Positions 1 through 9,793 of a stretch of DNA of 64,000 nucleotides are shown here, piece by piece. Where the stretch lies: NCBI GenBank assembly GCA_964458715.1, contig CAYWJP010000001.1:2022-66021 (forward strand), written 5' to 3'. Made by a program: the position numbers and the translations under genes. The notes below the pieces were generated by a model. That model did not search any database. It had not been told where the DNA came from and saw only the letters and a list, made by a program, of their open reading frames with translations. Origin of the DNA: an uncultured Bdellovibrionales bacterium. Its GTDB lineage: Bacteria; Patescibacteriota; Minisyncoccia; Moranbacterales; DUUL01. The first letter of the stretch is position 1; each line of letters begins with the position of its first letter.

Positions 1-235
1 TCAGGTGTTAACTTTTGATCCTTATATATTGGAAAAATCTGATGTAAAATCATTAGAAGAATTATTAGAGAAATCAGAAGCGCTGATTTTAGTCACTAAT
101 CACAAAGATTTTCTGAATAAAGAAGCTGATTTTAAAAAGTTTAATATAAAAGCCATTGTCGACGGTGTAAATTGTTTAGACCAGGAAAAAATAAAAAAAT
201 TAAGAATCGAATATCACGGCATTGGAAGAAAATAG
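1..235 (+). CDS. Nucleotide-sugar (UDP-glucose/GDP-mannose type) dehydrogenase, C-terminal fragment; the gene starts upstream of the window
   Basis: Open frame from nt 2. The C-terminal motifs (LILVTNHKDF ... IVDGVNCLD) resemble the UDPG/MGDP dehydrogenase C-terminal domain. It sits at the head of a glycosyltransferase locus. Confidence 0.4.
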   Translation, partial: QVLTFDPYILEKSDVKSLEELLEKSEALILVTNHKDFLNKEADFKKFNIKAIVDGVNCLDQEKIKKLRIEYHGIGRK

Positions 236-303
236 ATTTTTAAACAAATGATCTATAATAAAATCAGTTTAATGAAAAATCTACTAATTATTTAGAAAAA
301 TAA

Positions 304-1287
304 ATGAGACTAATTGTCAATATTCCAGCCTACAACGAGGAGACTGTAATCGGAAAAACTATAACTAGAATCAAAGAAAGCTTTAAAAATGATTTTTACA
401 AAAATCAAGAAGGACGGCTTATCCAAGAAAAATTAATTCAGGTTGTTAACGACGGTTCAAGAGACAAAACTGTCAACGTGTCAAAAAAAGCCGGAGCTGA
501 TATCATAATTTCTCACGAAACCAACAGAAGATTAGGCGCTGTTTTCGGAACCAGCGTTGGTTCAGCTCTAAAAAACAGAGCAGATTTAATGATAAATATT
601 GATGCTGATGGCCAATTTGACCCCGAAGATATTCCCAAACTTTTAAAGCCCATTCTAATCGGAGAAGCTGATCTAGTAATTGCTAACCGATTCGGCGGAA
701 TTAAAGCTACTGACATTCCTTGGTTTAAAAACTTTCTTAATCAATTTGCCGCTAAAATTATTAGTTTTTTCTTAGATTATAAAATTGAAGATTTGACTTG
801 TGGTTTTAGGGCTCACAATCGGGAAGCCTTGTTAAGACTAAATTTAACCAATAATTTTACCTACACCCAAGAAACTATTATTGATGCCATTGGAAAAAAT
901 TTAAAACTCAAATGGGTACCAATTCAGGTAATTTATTTTGCCGATCGAAAATCTAAAATAGTTAAATCTATTTGGAAATTTATTAGTAATGGATTTAAAA
1001 TAATTTTAAAAGCTATCCGAGACGCTCGCCCCTTAAAATTTTTTGGAGTACCAGCCTTATTTTTTATTATAATTGCCTTAACTGGATATGGTTGGTTTTT
1101 GTTTAATTATTTACAAGAATTTAAAATTTCTCCTTTTATAAATTATGTAATCTTCTCTTCCCTGTCTTTAATTCTGGGAATTCAATTATTAATTTTTGCT
1201 TTAATAGCTGATATGATTAAATCTAACCGAAAAATAACTGAGGAACTTAGTTATCAACACAAAAAAAGTAAATACTACAACCTCTAA
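304..1287 (+). CDS. Family 2 glycosyltransferase, polyprenol-phosphate sugar transferase-like (DPM1/GtrB type), with C-terminal transmembrane helices
   Basis: N-terminal IPAYNEE... DxD-type GT2 fold motifs (NIDADGQ), two C-terminal hydrophobic helices, ATG start, 327 aa. Confidence 0.7.
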   Translation: MRLIVNIPAYNEETVIGKTITRIKESFKNDFYKNQEGRLIQEKLIQVVNDGSRDKTVNVSKKAGADIIISHETNRRLGAVFGTSVGSALKNRADLMINIDADGQFDPEDIPKLLKPILIGEADLVIANRFGGIKATDIPWFKNFLNQFAAKIISFFLDYKIEDLTCGFRAHNREALLRLNLTNNFTYTQETIIDAIGKNLKLKWVPIQVIYFADRKSKIVKSIWKFISNGFKIILKAIRDARPLKFFGVPALFFIIIALTGYGWFLFNYLQEFKISPFINYVIFSSLSLILGIQLLIFALIADMIKSNRKITEELSYQHKKSKYYNL

Positions 1288-1293
1288 GACTTT

Positions 1294-1325
1294 TTCCGCC
1301 ATAGGCGGATCCGCCTATGGCGGAA
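1294..1325. promoter_or_regulatory. Perfect 32-bp palindrome between the GT2 and GT4 genes
   Basis: TTCCGCCATAGGCGGATCCGCCTATGGCGGAA is exactly self-complementary. No U-tract follows on either strand. Confidence 0.5.
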
Positions 1326-1350
1326 ACTTTACTAACTTTCTAAATAAATT

Positions 1351-2469
1351 ATGAAAATCTTATTCATTTCGCACTCTTTTCCTCCTATTGTAGGAGGGGT
1401 AGAAAATCAAAATTTTCAATTAGCTGAAGCGCTTAAAAAATCAGCTCAAGTTAGAATTATAAAAAATACTCGAGGAAAAATTTGGCTACCAATATTTGTT
1501 CCATTAACTTTTTTAAAAGCTTTCTTTCTGATGAACCGCTATGACGTTTGTTTATTAGGAAGTGGTGTTTTAGCTCCACTAGGAAGCGCCATAAGCTTTT
1601 TCCATCCAAAGAAAAAGTTTTTTTGTGTTACTCACGCCCTCGATATTATTTTTGCCGAAAAAAAGGGTTGGTTATCTAAAATTTATAAAACCGTAAACAT
1701 CCCTTCTCTGGAAAAAATGAACAAACTTTTTATGGTAGGAAATGCCACCATTGAAGAAGCGGTAAAATTGGGAATTAGCAAAAAAAAATGCAAATTTATT
1801 CCTAACGGAATTAACAAAGATGATTTAAAAGAAAAACACCTCCGAAAAGAACTTTCTCAAATATTCGGGAAAAATATTCAAGACAAGAAAGTGATTCTTC
1901 GCTTAGGACGATTTGTTCCCCATAAAGGAACCAGTTGGTTTATTGAAAATGTAATGCCTAAATTGCCTGAAAATGTTGTTATGATCGCCGCCGGTGGAAG
2001 AGTGGCTAAAAATACTGCTGGGGACAAAGATGATTTCCTTAATTCCGAAAAAGCTATTATTAAAAACAAACTAGAAAATCGAGTTCGATTATGCCCTACT
2101 ATCCCCCAAAAAGATTTAAAAATATTGCTAAACACTGTTGATCTTGTAGTATCTCCTAATCTTAAAATCCCCGGATCAATGGAAGGATTTGGAATTAATG
2201 CTATTGAAGCTGGCGTTTGCGAACGAATTGTTTTTGTTTCAAACATTGAAGGTCTATTAGATGCAGTTAAGGATGGAAAAAATGGAAAATTAATAGAAAG
2301 TGGCAACGAAAAAGCTTGGGTGAGTGAAATTAAAAAAATAATTAAGCTCAAGAAAAAGACCCTTTTAAAACAAGGTCAAGAAGCTGGTAAATATGTCGAA
2401 AAAAATTATTCCTGGAATAAAATTTCCAAGAAATATCTAAAGGAAATGAATAATACCATCTCCAACTAA
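1351..2469 (+). CDS. Family 4 (GT-B) glycosyltransferase
   Basis: EX7E-type motif (MEGFGINAIEAGVCERIVFVS) typical of GT4 retaining glycosyltransferases; 372 aa. Confidence 0.65.
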   Translation: MKILFISHSFPPIVGGVENQNFQLAEALKKSAQVRIIKNTRGKIWLPIFVPLTFLKAFFLMNRYDVCLLGSGVLAPLGSAISFFHPKKKFFCVTHALDIIFAEKKGWLSKIYKTVNIPSLEKMNKLFMVGNATIEEAVKLGISKKKCKFIPNGINKDDLKEKHLRKELSQIFGKNIQDKKVILRLGRFVPHKGTSWFIENVMPKLPENVVMIAAGGRVAKNTAGDKDDFLNSEKAIIKNKLENRVRLCPTIPQKDLKILLNTVDLVVSPNLKIPGSMEGFGINAIEAGVCERIVFVSNIEGLLDAVKDGKNGKLIESGNEKAWVSEIKKIIKLKKKTLLKQGQEAGKYVEKNYSWNKISKKYLKEMNNTISN

Positions 2470-2620
2470 CCACTGCCCACCAACTCTTGCAAATTTTAAT
2501 TTATACTTGCTTCAAAAAGTTCAGTGATACTATGACATCACTTCACTTTTTTTACCATCGTCTAAATTAAAATTTACCGTGACTTATGAGTAGTGGCTAA
2601 TTGAAAATGATATAAATAAA

Positions 2621-4555
2621 ATGATTTTAGACTTATTAAAAATTGATTTGAGCTTGGGATTATTACTTTTTATTCCAGGCTATTCAATTCTAATCGCATT
2701 ACTTCGAACCAGGAATCCACTGGGAATTTTGGGAACGCTAGTAGTTTCAATGGTTTTAAGTTTGGGAATTGTTGATTTCAGTTTGATTTTAATTGATAAA
2801 ATCGGGATGAGATTGACCTCATTAACCATTATTCTCACTTTATTAATAATCTCTTTCTTGGGATTTGTTTTCTACGGAATATTTCGAAAAAAGGAAATAA
2901 AAGCGATTTCCGAAAATAATTCAGGTTGGTTAATATTTATATTAATTGTAGCTTTCTCGATTTTTCTTAGACTAGTTTATTTAGTACCCAAGATAATTCC
3001 CCATACCACTGATTTAGGTCATCATATGTATTGGGTTAATTTTATTATCAGATTTCAGGAACTTCCTATTTATGGAATTCCAGATGTTGTTATCGGCGAA
3101 CACGTTATTTTTGCTGCCGCTTCAATATTAACTGGAATTGGAATAATTTCGGCTCTTCCGGTGGCCATTTTATTTATTATAAATATCTTTTCTCTTCTAG
3201 CCGTTTTTTTGTTAACCAAAGAATTAGCCAAAATATTATTCAAAAAAAGCTCCGCTAATAAAATTAGCCTTCTGTCGTTAATCTCGATCGGAATTTTCTA
3301 CGCCGTTGCTTCTCCTCAAGCCACTTACATAAGCGGAGGAGTAATTGGAAATTTATTGGGAAATTTACTAATGCCTACTATTTTTTATTTATTCATCAAG
3401 GCCTTTAAAGACAAAAACTCTACTTTGGTAGGATTAGGAATATTTTTATTGAGTGTTTTAATTTACACTCATCATCTTTCGGCTTTCATCCTTCTCTATT
3501 CTCTGGCAGGTTTTTTGCTATTTTTCTTTATCTTGTTAGGAACAACTCGTTTTATTTTTAAAAAAAGCGAGGCCAAAATCATCCCTTTTTTAAAAATTTT
3601 TATCAATCTCAAGACTATCCTAACTAGTTTATTTTTAATTTTATTTGTTTTTCTCATAAGAGTTCCTTCTTATTTAAATTTATCGGCTATCGGTACGGCT
3701 GTAGGCTCACCTTCCAAGGAAACTCGAGTGGGATTAACTATTAATAATCTCCTTGATTCCACCGGCTCCTGGAGAATGTTTTACTCGGCTATCGGAATTA
3801 TTTTTTTAATTTTTATATTTTGGCAAATCTTGAAAAAAAATTCTGCTTTTCGAAAAATATACTCCTTGAAAATCTCCAATTTGTCACTAGTCTTGGCCGC
3901 TATCTCGTTGCCATCAGCTTGGTTTATTACAATTTTCGCTATGAGCCATTGGCCAGCTTTACTAAAAATTGATATTATTTCAAGTAGAATTGCTAATTAT
4001 CTAACTTATCCCTCGGCCATTTTAGCCGCTTTTGGAGTTTATGCTATTTTACAACCAATTTTTTATAAAACTCGGGGAGTGATCGCCCTAACAATTTTTA
4101 TGATAGTTTTTATTCCAGGCGTTATCTCTGGTTTATTTGATGTTTCTGAAACCTACCCCGAAGATGGTGACAATATGAAAAAAACTGTCCAAACGTTTAA
4201 AGGCTCTAAATACTTAAACGAAAAAACTGATTCTAAACAAAAAATTCTCAGAGATCATATTTACTTAATTGGCGACACTTGGATAAAAAATTTCTTAATG
4301 CGAGATTATGAAGAGCCAATCTCTAGAACTTTTTTAAAAAAATACGAGGATCCGATTAAAGAACGAGAAACTTGTAGTCGAGATATGATCGCTATTCCAG
4401 AAACTGAAGTTGGTAGAAACTGCTTCCAAGAAACTGGCGTTGAATTTTTAATTCTCCGCAATGGCTATGACACTTATCAATTCGAAACTTCTAATAATTT
4501 TTCTAAAATATTTACCACAAAAGAAGTTATAATTTTCCAAAGAAATAATCTTTAA
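2621..4555 (+). CDS. Polytopic membrane protein, GT-C-like (ArnT/PMT/oligosaccharyltransferase-like) candidate glycosyltransferase
   Basis: 644 aa: about 12-13 predicted TM helices over 500 residues, then a soluble C-terminal domain. Embedded between GT2, GT4 and Wzx-like genes. Confidence 0.4.
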   Translation: MILDLLKIDLSLGLLLFIPGYSILIALLRTRNPLGILGTLVVSMVLSLGIVDFSLILIDKIGMRLTSLTIILTLLIISFLGFVFYGIFRKKEIKAISENNSGWLIFILIVAFSIFLRLVYLVPKIIPHTTDLGHHMYWVNFIIRFQELPIYGIPDVVIGEHVIFAAASILTGIGIISALPVAILFIINIFSLLAVFLLTKELAKILFKKSSANKISLLSLISIGIFYAVASPQATYISGGVIGNLLGNLLMPTIFYLFIKAFKDKNSTLVGLGIFLLSVLIYTHHLSAFILLYSLAGFLLFFFILLGTTRFIFKKSEAKIIPFLKIFINLKTILTSLFLILFVFLIRVPSYLNLSAIGTAVGSPSKETRVGLTINNLLDSTGSWRMFYSAIGIIFLIFIFWQILKKNSAFRKIYSLKISNLSLVLAAISLPSAWFITIFAMSHWPALLKIDIISSRIANYLTYPSAILAAFGVYAILQPIFYKTRGVIALTIFMIVFIPGVISGLFDVSETYPEDGDNMKKTVQTFKGSKYLNEKTDSKQKILRDHIYLIGDTWIKNFLMRDYEEPISRTFLKKYEDPIKERETCSRDMIAIPETEVGRNCFQETGVEFLILRNGYDTYQFETSNNFSKIFTTKEVIIFQRNNL

Positions 4556-4557
4556 TT

Positions 4558-4953
4558 ATGAATAAAAATATTGCCATTTTAATAGTCTTAATTCTAACTT
4601 TTTTAACTTCTTACTTTTTATATTGGAAAGGAGAATTAGCCCTAGAGGATGCTGCTAAGGATTTTACTGTTTTAGCCTTCGAAAATACCAGTTTAGTTTG
4701 TGATTATAATTCTTTAACTTTCTTTATCGAGAATAATCTAGAAGAAGAACTTCCCTATCAAATTTCCATCAGCGCCGATGATAAAACGCTAGAGACTCTA
4801 GCAGTTTCAGTTTTGGCTCAAAATAAAAAACTAATCCAACCTAAATCAGAAACGCTAGAATTTCTATGCGCTCAATCTCAAAAAATCAAATATGAAGTTA
4901 TGATTGAGAATAAAACAAATAAACAATCTATCTATAAACTAATCAATCCGTAA
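4558..4953 (+). CDS. Hypothetical protein with an N-terminal membrane anchor or signal
   Basis: 131 aa with an N-terminal hydrophobic helix. Its ATG overlaps the upstream stop (TAATTATG). Confidence 0.35.
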   Translation: MNKNIAILIVLILTFLTSYFLYWKGELALEDAAKDFTVLAFENTSLVCDYNSLTFFIENNLEEELPYQISISADDKTLETLAVSVLAQNKKLIQPKSETLEFLCAQSQKIKYEVMIENKTNKQSIYKLINP

Positions 4954-4957
4954 ACTT

Positions 4958-6115
4958 ATGCTCAAGAAAAAAATTCTCCTTTATACACGACCAATCGTTC
5001 CGCCTTGGGATGAAGCCTCCAAAAATTTAGCTTATGACATTGCCATTAACCTGCCAAAAAATCAATTTGACATTACTCTTTTAACTCCTCGAAAAAACTC
5101 ATTCAATCAGCAATTAATCAAACAACACTCCAATATAATCCCTGAAGAAATTTATTCTTCAATCGATCTTAATTTAAAAGGAAAAATCAAATTATTAAGC
5201 AGACTATTCAAAACTAAATTAAACGCCGATCTAATTCATTTTCTTTTTACTCCAAGGTCAATTACGTCCCTCTTAGTTAGATTAAGATTAAAATTTAGTA
5301 AAATTAAGACTGTTCAAACAGTTGCTACTTTATCAAAAGAAAATCTAACTAATGCCAAAAAATTAAATAAAATTTTATTTGCCGATGTCGTTGTCGTTCA
5401 ATCAAAACATACCTTCGAAAAATTAAAAAATAAAACTATTAAAAATATAAAATTAATTTATCCAGGAATTAATTTAGAAAAATATAGACAGAAAAGAAAA
5501 GACGCCTCACTTTTGAAAGAATTAAAATTAAAAGATAGCGATTTTGTTGTTTTGTATGGAGGCGAGTACACTCGACTGAAAGCTATTGATGATATTTTAG
5601 AAGCCTTAAAAATACTATTCAACGAATACAAAGAAGTTGAAAATTTAAAATTCATTTTTGCTTGTCGATTAAAATCCAAGAAAGATAAAATCAAAAAAGA
5701 AGCTGTTATTAAAACTCTCGAAAAAGAATCTCTCAGAGACAAGGTTGTTTTTTTGGATACTTTTGCGGAAGTAGACAAACTTTACAACTTATCAAATATC
5801 AGTATTTTTCCTGTTCGTGAAATGGCTGGTAAGTTCGACATTCCCTTGGTATTAGTTGAATCGATGGCTTGCGGAAAACCGATTATTGTTTCCAAGTTAA
5901 AAAACTTGAAAGAATTAATCGGAAAAAATACTTATGGATTAGTTTGTAAAAGAAAATCTCCCAGAGATCTAGCTCAAAAAATATATCTTCTAAAAACTGA
6001 TAAAAAACTGTACAATAAAATAGCTGAAAATGCCTTAGTTTTTGTTAAAAATAATTTTGATATTAAGAAAAATATCAAAGAATACGATAATATTTATAAA
6101 GAATTACTCCAATAA
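4958..6115 (+). CDS. Family 4 (GT-B) glycosyltransferase
   Basis: C-terminal EMAGKFDIPLVLVESMACGKPII matches the GT4 EX7E nucleotide-sugar binding motif; 385 aa. Confidence 0.65.
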   Translation: MLKKKILLYTRPIVPPWDEASKNLAYDIAINLPKNQFDITLLTPRKNSFNQQLIKQHSNIIPEEIYSSIDLNLKGKIKLLSRLFKTKLNADLIHFLFTPRSITSLLVRLRLKFSKIKTVQTVATLSKENLTNAKKLNKILFADVVVVQSKHTFEKLKNKTIKNIKLIYPGINLEKYRQKRKDASLLKELKLKDSDFVVLYGGEYTRLKAIDDILEALKILFNEYKEVENLKFIFACRLKSKKDKIKKEAVIKTLEKESLRDKVVFLDTFAEVDKLYNLSNISIFPVREMAGKFDIPLVLVESMACGKPIIVSKLKNLKELIGKNTYGLVCKRKSPRDLAQKIYLLKTDKKLYNKIAENALVFVKNNFDIKKNIKEYDNIYKELLQ

Positions 6116-6119
6116 TCTA

Positions 6120-7613
6120 ATGTATAAAATAATTAAAAAGGGACCATTTCAAAATATAATGCAACCCAACGACTCGAAAAGCATTCCGGTTCATTTTAAT
6201 ATGAGCGATGAATTAATGCCGGGAGACGACAGTTATGAAAAATTATTGAATATCGCCAAAGACAAAAGAGTCTTTCATCATATTGCCGCCTTAACTGACA
6301 TTCATTCCAAACCTGGCCGAAAAAATCCAACTGGATCGGTAGTAGCGACCGAAAAAGAAATCCTCCCCCAGCTAACTGATTCAGCTCCTAACTGCGGAAT
6401 GCGTTTAATTAAAACGCCTTTTTTCAAAGGAGATCTTTCCGATCAACAATTGGATGATTTATTTAAAGAATACACCAGAACAATTCCTACCAGGACTTAT
6501 TTTGGCACTTATTTCTCCCATAAAGATATTCTGGAGATCTCGAAACGAGGCTCTGAACCCGTGCTAGAGCGATTTGATAAAAGCAAAAAAGAACTAGACA
6601 ACACCATGATGCGAGGAAATATGTTTGGTAATCAAAAAGTCACCAATCAAGAACTTTTTGAGTCTATTCCTTCTCTATTTTTTAGAATTGCCCAACTTCG
6701 CTTGGGAATTTTAGGAGAAGCTGGTAACCACTTCTTGGACTTGCTTTTAGTTGATGATATTATAGACCAAAAAACTGCTCATAAATTAGGAATTCAAAAG
6801 GATCAGTATGTTTTTCTTCTTCATACTGGATCAGGAATGTTTGGACAATATTCTAGTTATTTCTATATGCCTAAAAAGAAAGAGCACCTCAGTCAAAAAT
6901 TTATAAATATTCTGAGCCGAGCCACTTTTTTAAAAAAAGACATTGAATGGCACCAAATTTTACAGAAAAAACTACCTCTTTACGAAAATAGCGATGAACT
7001 TTGGGGAATAAAAGAAAATTCTGAATTATATAAACATTTTATGATTGCTAATCGAGCTTCGGCTAATCACGCTTTCGCCAATCGAACTTTGCTTCAAATT
7101 AAAATTGAACAAGGAATCGAAAAAATATTAGGGAAAAAACTGGAACTACCCATTGTCTATGATATGAGTCACATTACGGTAATGAAGGAAAATCATTACA
7201 ACAAGGATCTCTGGATCCACCGAAACGGCTCCGTCAGAGCTTTCGGTCCCAAAAGAATGAAAGGTATTAAAACCTATGAAGAAACTGGCGAACCAGTCTT
7301 CTTACCATCTTCAATGAGCACTCCGGTTTATCTCGGAGTAGGTACTGATGAAAATGAAACTACTTTCTTTTCTGCCCCGCACGGAACTGGGAAATCCAAA
7401 AATAAAACTTCGGAAGTACCCGTTGACAAAAACGCCTTAAAGACCAAAATGGAAAAAAGAAATGTTCGCCTTTACAACGCCAAATCTAAAGGAATTTTAG
7501 AACAAGATGCCTCCCATTATAAGGATGTAGAACCAGCAATTAAAGGAATGACTGAAAATGGGGTTATTAAACCAGTGGCTAAAATGCACCCCGTCTCAGT
7601 TTTAATGGCGTAG
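6120..7613 (+). CDS. rtcB: RtcB family RNA 3'-phosphate ligase
   Basis: All RtcB signature blocks are present: APNCGMRLIKT (Cys), EAGNHFLDLLLV (Asn-His), LLHTGSGMFGQ (His), ASANHAFANR, IVYDMSHI (His), HRNGSVRAF, PVFLPSSMSTPVYL, SAPHGTGKS (guanylylated His). The start is moved to the internal ATG at 6120 to avoid overlap with the upstream gene. Confidence 0.7.
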   Translation: MYKIIKKGPFQNIMQPNDSKSIPVHFNMSDELMPGDDSYEKLLNIAKDKRVFHHIAALTDIHSKPGRKNPTGSVVATEKEILPQLTDSAPNCGMRLIKTPFFKGDLSDQQLDDLFKEYTRTIPTRTYFGTYFSHKDILEISKRGSEPVLERFDKSKKELDNTMMRGNMFGNQKVTNQELFESIPSLFFRIAQLRLGILGEAGNHFLDLLLVDDIIDQKTAHKLGIQKDQYVFLLHTGSGMFGQYSSYFYMPKKKEHLSQKFINILSRATFLKKDIEWHQILQKKLPLYENSDELWGIKENSELYKHFMIANRASANHAFANRTLLQIKIEQGIEKILGKKLELPIVYDMSHITVMKENHYNKDLWIHRNGSVRAFGPKRMKGIKTYEETGEPVFLPSSMSTPVYLGVGTDENETTFFSAPHGTGKSKNKTSEVPVDKNALKTKMEKRNVRLYNAKSKGILEQDASHYKDVEPAIKGMTENGVIKPVAKMHPVSVLMA

Positions 7614-7658
7614 AACAAGTTAAAAAGTTTGAAAGTTTATAAAGTTAGAAAACAAGAT

Positions 7659-8267
7659 ATGAAACTAATAACAATTTCGGGATTAGACGGATGTGGAAAA
7701 ACCACCCAATTAGATTTGATTGAAAAAGAATTACAAAAAAATCATAAGGTGAAAAGATTTCATATGATTGGTTTTTCAATTGCCAACAAACTTATTAAAC
7801 AAAAAAAAGAGGCTAGAACTAGCAAAATTAAAGCCAAAACTAACGCCACCTGGGGAGCTATTTTAATGAGAAAAATTGCGATAGTAATTGATGTTTTTAG
7901 ATTTCGCTTATATTATTTGGTAAAATCTAGCGAACATAAAACTGACTATCTTATAATAGACCGCTATTTCTACGATCAAATAATTAATATTAAATATCTT
8001 GATAAGCAAAACGATTGGAAAAATAAACCTTTTTGGCAAAATTTTATCGAAAACCATTTAATCCAACCTAATTTAAAAATTTATTTAAAAATAACGCCTG
8101 AAAAAATTCTAGAGAGAAATGCTAAAATTGAACAAGGAAAACAATATCTCTTAGAAAAAAATGGATTGTACAATCATTTCTCTAAAAAATGGAAACTAAT
8201 CACCATCGACGGTAGTGGCAAGGAAAAAGAAATTCAACAGAAAATTAAAAAACAATTAAATGTCTAA
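7659..8267 (+). CDS. Thymidylate kinase-like P-loop nucleoside monophosphate kinase
   Basis: MKLITISGLDGCGKTTQ Walker A and IIDRYFYDQ resemble the dTMP kinase DRY/lid region. The track starts at a TTG at 7629; the ATG at 7659 is the preferred start. Confidence 0.55.
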   Translation: MKLITISGLDGCGKTTQLDLIEKELQKNHKVKRFHMIGFSIANKLIKQKKEARTSKIKAKTNATWGAILMRKIAIVIDVFRFRLYYLVKSSEHKTDYLIIDRYFYDQIINIKYLDKQNDWKNKPFWQNFIENHLIQPNLKIYLKITPEKILERNAKIEQGKQYLLEKNGLYNHFSKKWKLITIDGSGKEKEIQQKIKKQLNV

Positions 8268-9729
8268 TCTTTTTAAATCTTCAATTTTAATATCTTTATC
8301 CGAATTAGCTTTTAATTTTTCCGGGTATGTCACCCAAGCGCTAATTGGAAGAATGTTTACACCTGCTGAATATGGTCGTTTTAGCATTATAGTCACTTTT
8401 GCTACCATGATAATAGTTTTAATCGGCAGAGGAATACCAATTTCAACTAGTAAACATTTGAGTGAAATAAACAGAAAGGATTTTAATGGTCGTTACGCTA
8501 TCAAGAAAGCGGCCCTAACTATCCAAATTTTAATAATTGCAGTCATCTCTTTTGCTTATTTTATGTTAGCCTCTGTTTTTGCTAACATCCTAAAAGATCC
8601 TAGTTTGACTCCCTTATTTCAAATCTCTTCTTTGATTATTCCAACTTTTGCCCTGGCTAGTTTTTACGCTTATTATTTTACTGGAATTCAAGACTTTAAA
8701 AGATCTTCTACTTTAAAATTTCTACGATCAATTTTCAAAATAATTTGCATCGTCGGATTAGGTTATTTTTTCAAGTTAACTGGAGCTATTATCGGACAAG
8801 CATTAGCTCCCTTGCTAGTTTTCTTAAGTGGTTATTTGATGGATCCTTTTAATAAATTCAAACTAAAAAAACGAAAAGATTTCAAAAATGCTCCCGTTAA
8901 CATTGCTTTGATGAAAAAATTAAGTATTTTCGCTGGACCAATTGTAATCTTTATGCTTTTTTACGAATTCATGCTTTCAATGAACCTGTATTTCGTAAAA
9001 GCCCTTCTTGGTCAAGATGATTTAGTCGGAATTTACAGCGCTGCTTCTACGGTTAGTCGTATTCCTTATTATCTGTTTTTCTTTATGACGATTATCCTGT
9101 TACCAAAAATTTCCGAACTAATCACCAATAAGGAACACAATAAAACTAAAGAATTATTGGAAAAGGCTTTCAAGTATTTATTTATCACTTTAGTGCCCAT
9201 GACAGTTCTACTCTCATTGTTTTCCGAATCGGCTGTCCGTTTTTTCTACGGCAGTCGCTATACTTCGGCCGGTTCAATAATGAGTATTTTAATTTTTGGA
9301 TTTGCCTTTTTAACAGTTTTCTACATTATCACTTTTGTTTTAAATGGCGCTGGAAAAAACAAATTTCCCGTTTGGGCTTCAATAATCGGAACTATCCTAA
9401 ACGGAATTTTAAATTGGATACTTCTCAAAAGAATGGGCCTACCGGGATCAGCTATTGCCACTACCATAACGGCTTTCGTAATAATGATTTGGGCGCTTAT
9501 TTACTCTAACCAGAAAATTACTCATTTTATTAATATTTGGTCAATCATTAAATATTTATTAACAGGATTGTTTATATATCTTCTAGGGAGCCTGTTTTTC
9601 AGCCAAGGAAGATTTATTTTTATTTTATGGTCATTTCTATTGTTGATAATTTACTTCTTTATTATGATTCTTTTTAAAGAACTAAAAATCGACGATTGGA
9701 AATATTTAGTAAAATCTTTTAAGAAATAA
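8260..9729 (+). CDS. Wzx-like polysaccharide/oligosaccharide flippase (MOP superfamily)
   Basis: 489 aa with about 14 TM helices. Length, topology and position downstream of the GT genes fit a polysaccharide-biosynthesis flippase. Confidence 0.55.
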   Translation: MSNLFKSSILISLSELAFNFSGYVTQALIGRMFTPAEYGRFSIIVTFATMIIVLIGRGIPISTSKHLSEINRKDFNGRYAIKKAALTIQILIIAVISFAYFMLASVFANILKDPSLTPLFQISSLIIPTFALASFYAYYFTGIQDFKRSSTLKFLRSIFKIICIVGLGYFFKLTGAIIGQALAPLLVFLSGYLMDPFNKFKLKKRKDFKNAPVNIALMKKLSIFAGPIVIFMLFYEFMLSMNLYFVKALLGQDDLVGIYSAASTVSRIPYYLFFFMTIILLPKISELITNKEHNKTKELLEKAFKYLFITLVPMTVLLSLFSESAVRFFYGSRYTSAGSIMSILIFGFAFLTVFYIITFVLNGAGKNKFPVWASIIGTILNGILNWILLKRMGLPGSAIATTITAFVIMIWALIYSNQKITHFINIWSIIKYLLTGLFIYLLGSLFFSQGRFIFILWSFLLLIIYFFIMILFKELKIDDWKYLVKSFKK

Positions 9730-9793
9730 TTTTTAATTATCTTCTATTTGAGCTATAATAAAAATAATCAATTTTAATATTTCATAAAAACAA

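Noticed and set aside
513-716. Antisense ORFs inside confidently called genes. Examples: 513-716, 1878-2351, 5458-5778, 9808-10095, 17147-17401, 19745-19939, 20007-20897, 24062-24356, 28277-28990, 29895-30470, 31565-31789, 32125-32316, 33466-34077, 35457-35727, 37861-38052, 38793-39412, 44466-44882, 46477-46659, 47204-47882, 50645-50953, 51855-52263, 52384-52695, 52806-53012, 54247-54432, 54702-55180, 57404-57610, 59943-60149, 60218-60412, 60711-60932, 61628-62114.
   Set aside because: Each lies wholly within, and opposite to, a longer ORF with clear family motifs. They have low-complexity compositions typical of AT-rich antisense frames.
7629-7658. Longer N-terminal extension of the kinase (track start at 7629).
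   Set aside because: The track start is a TTG lying inside a recurrent intergenic motif. The canonical MKLITISGLDGCGKT N-terminus begins at the ATG at 7659.
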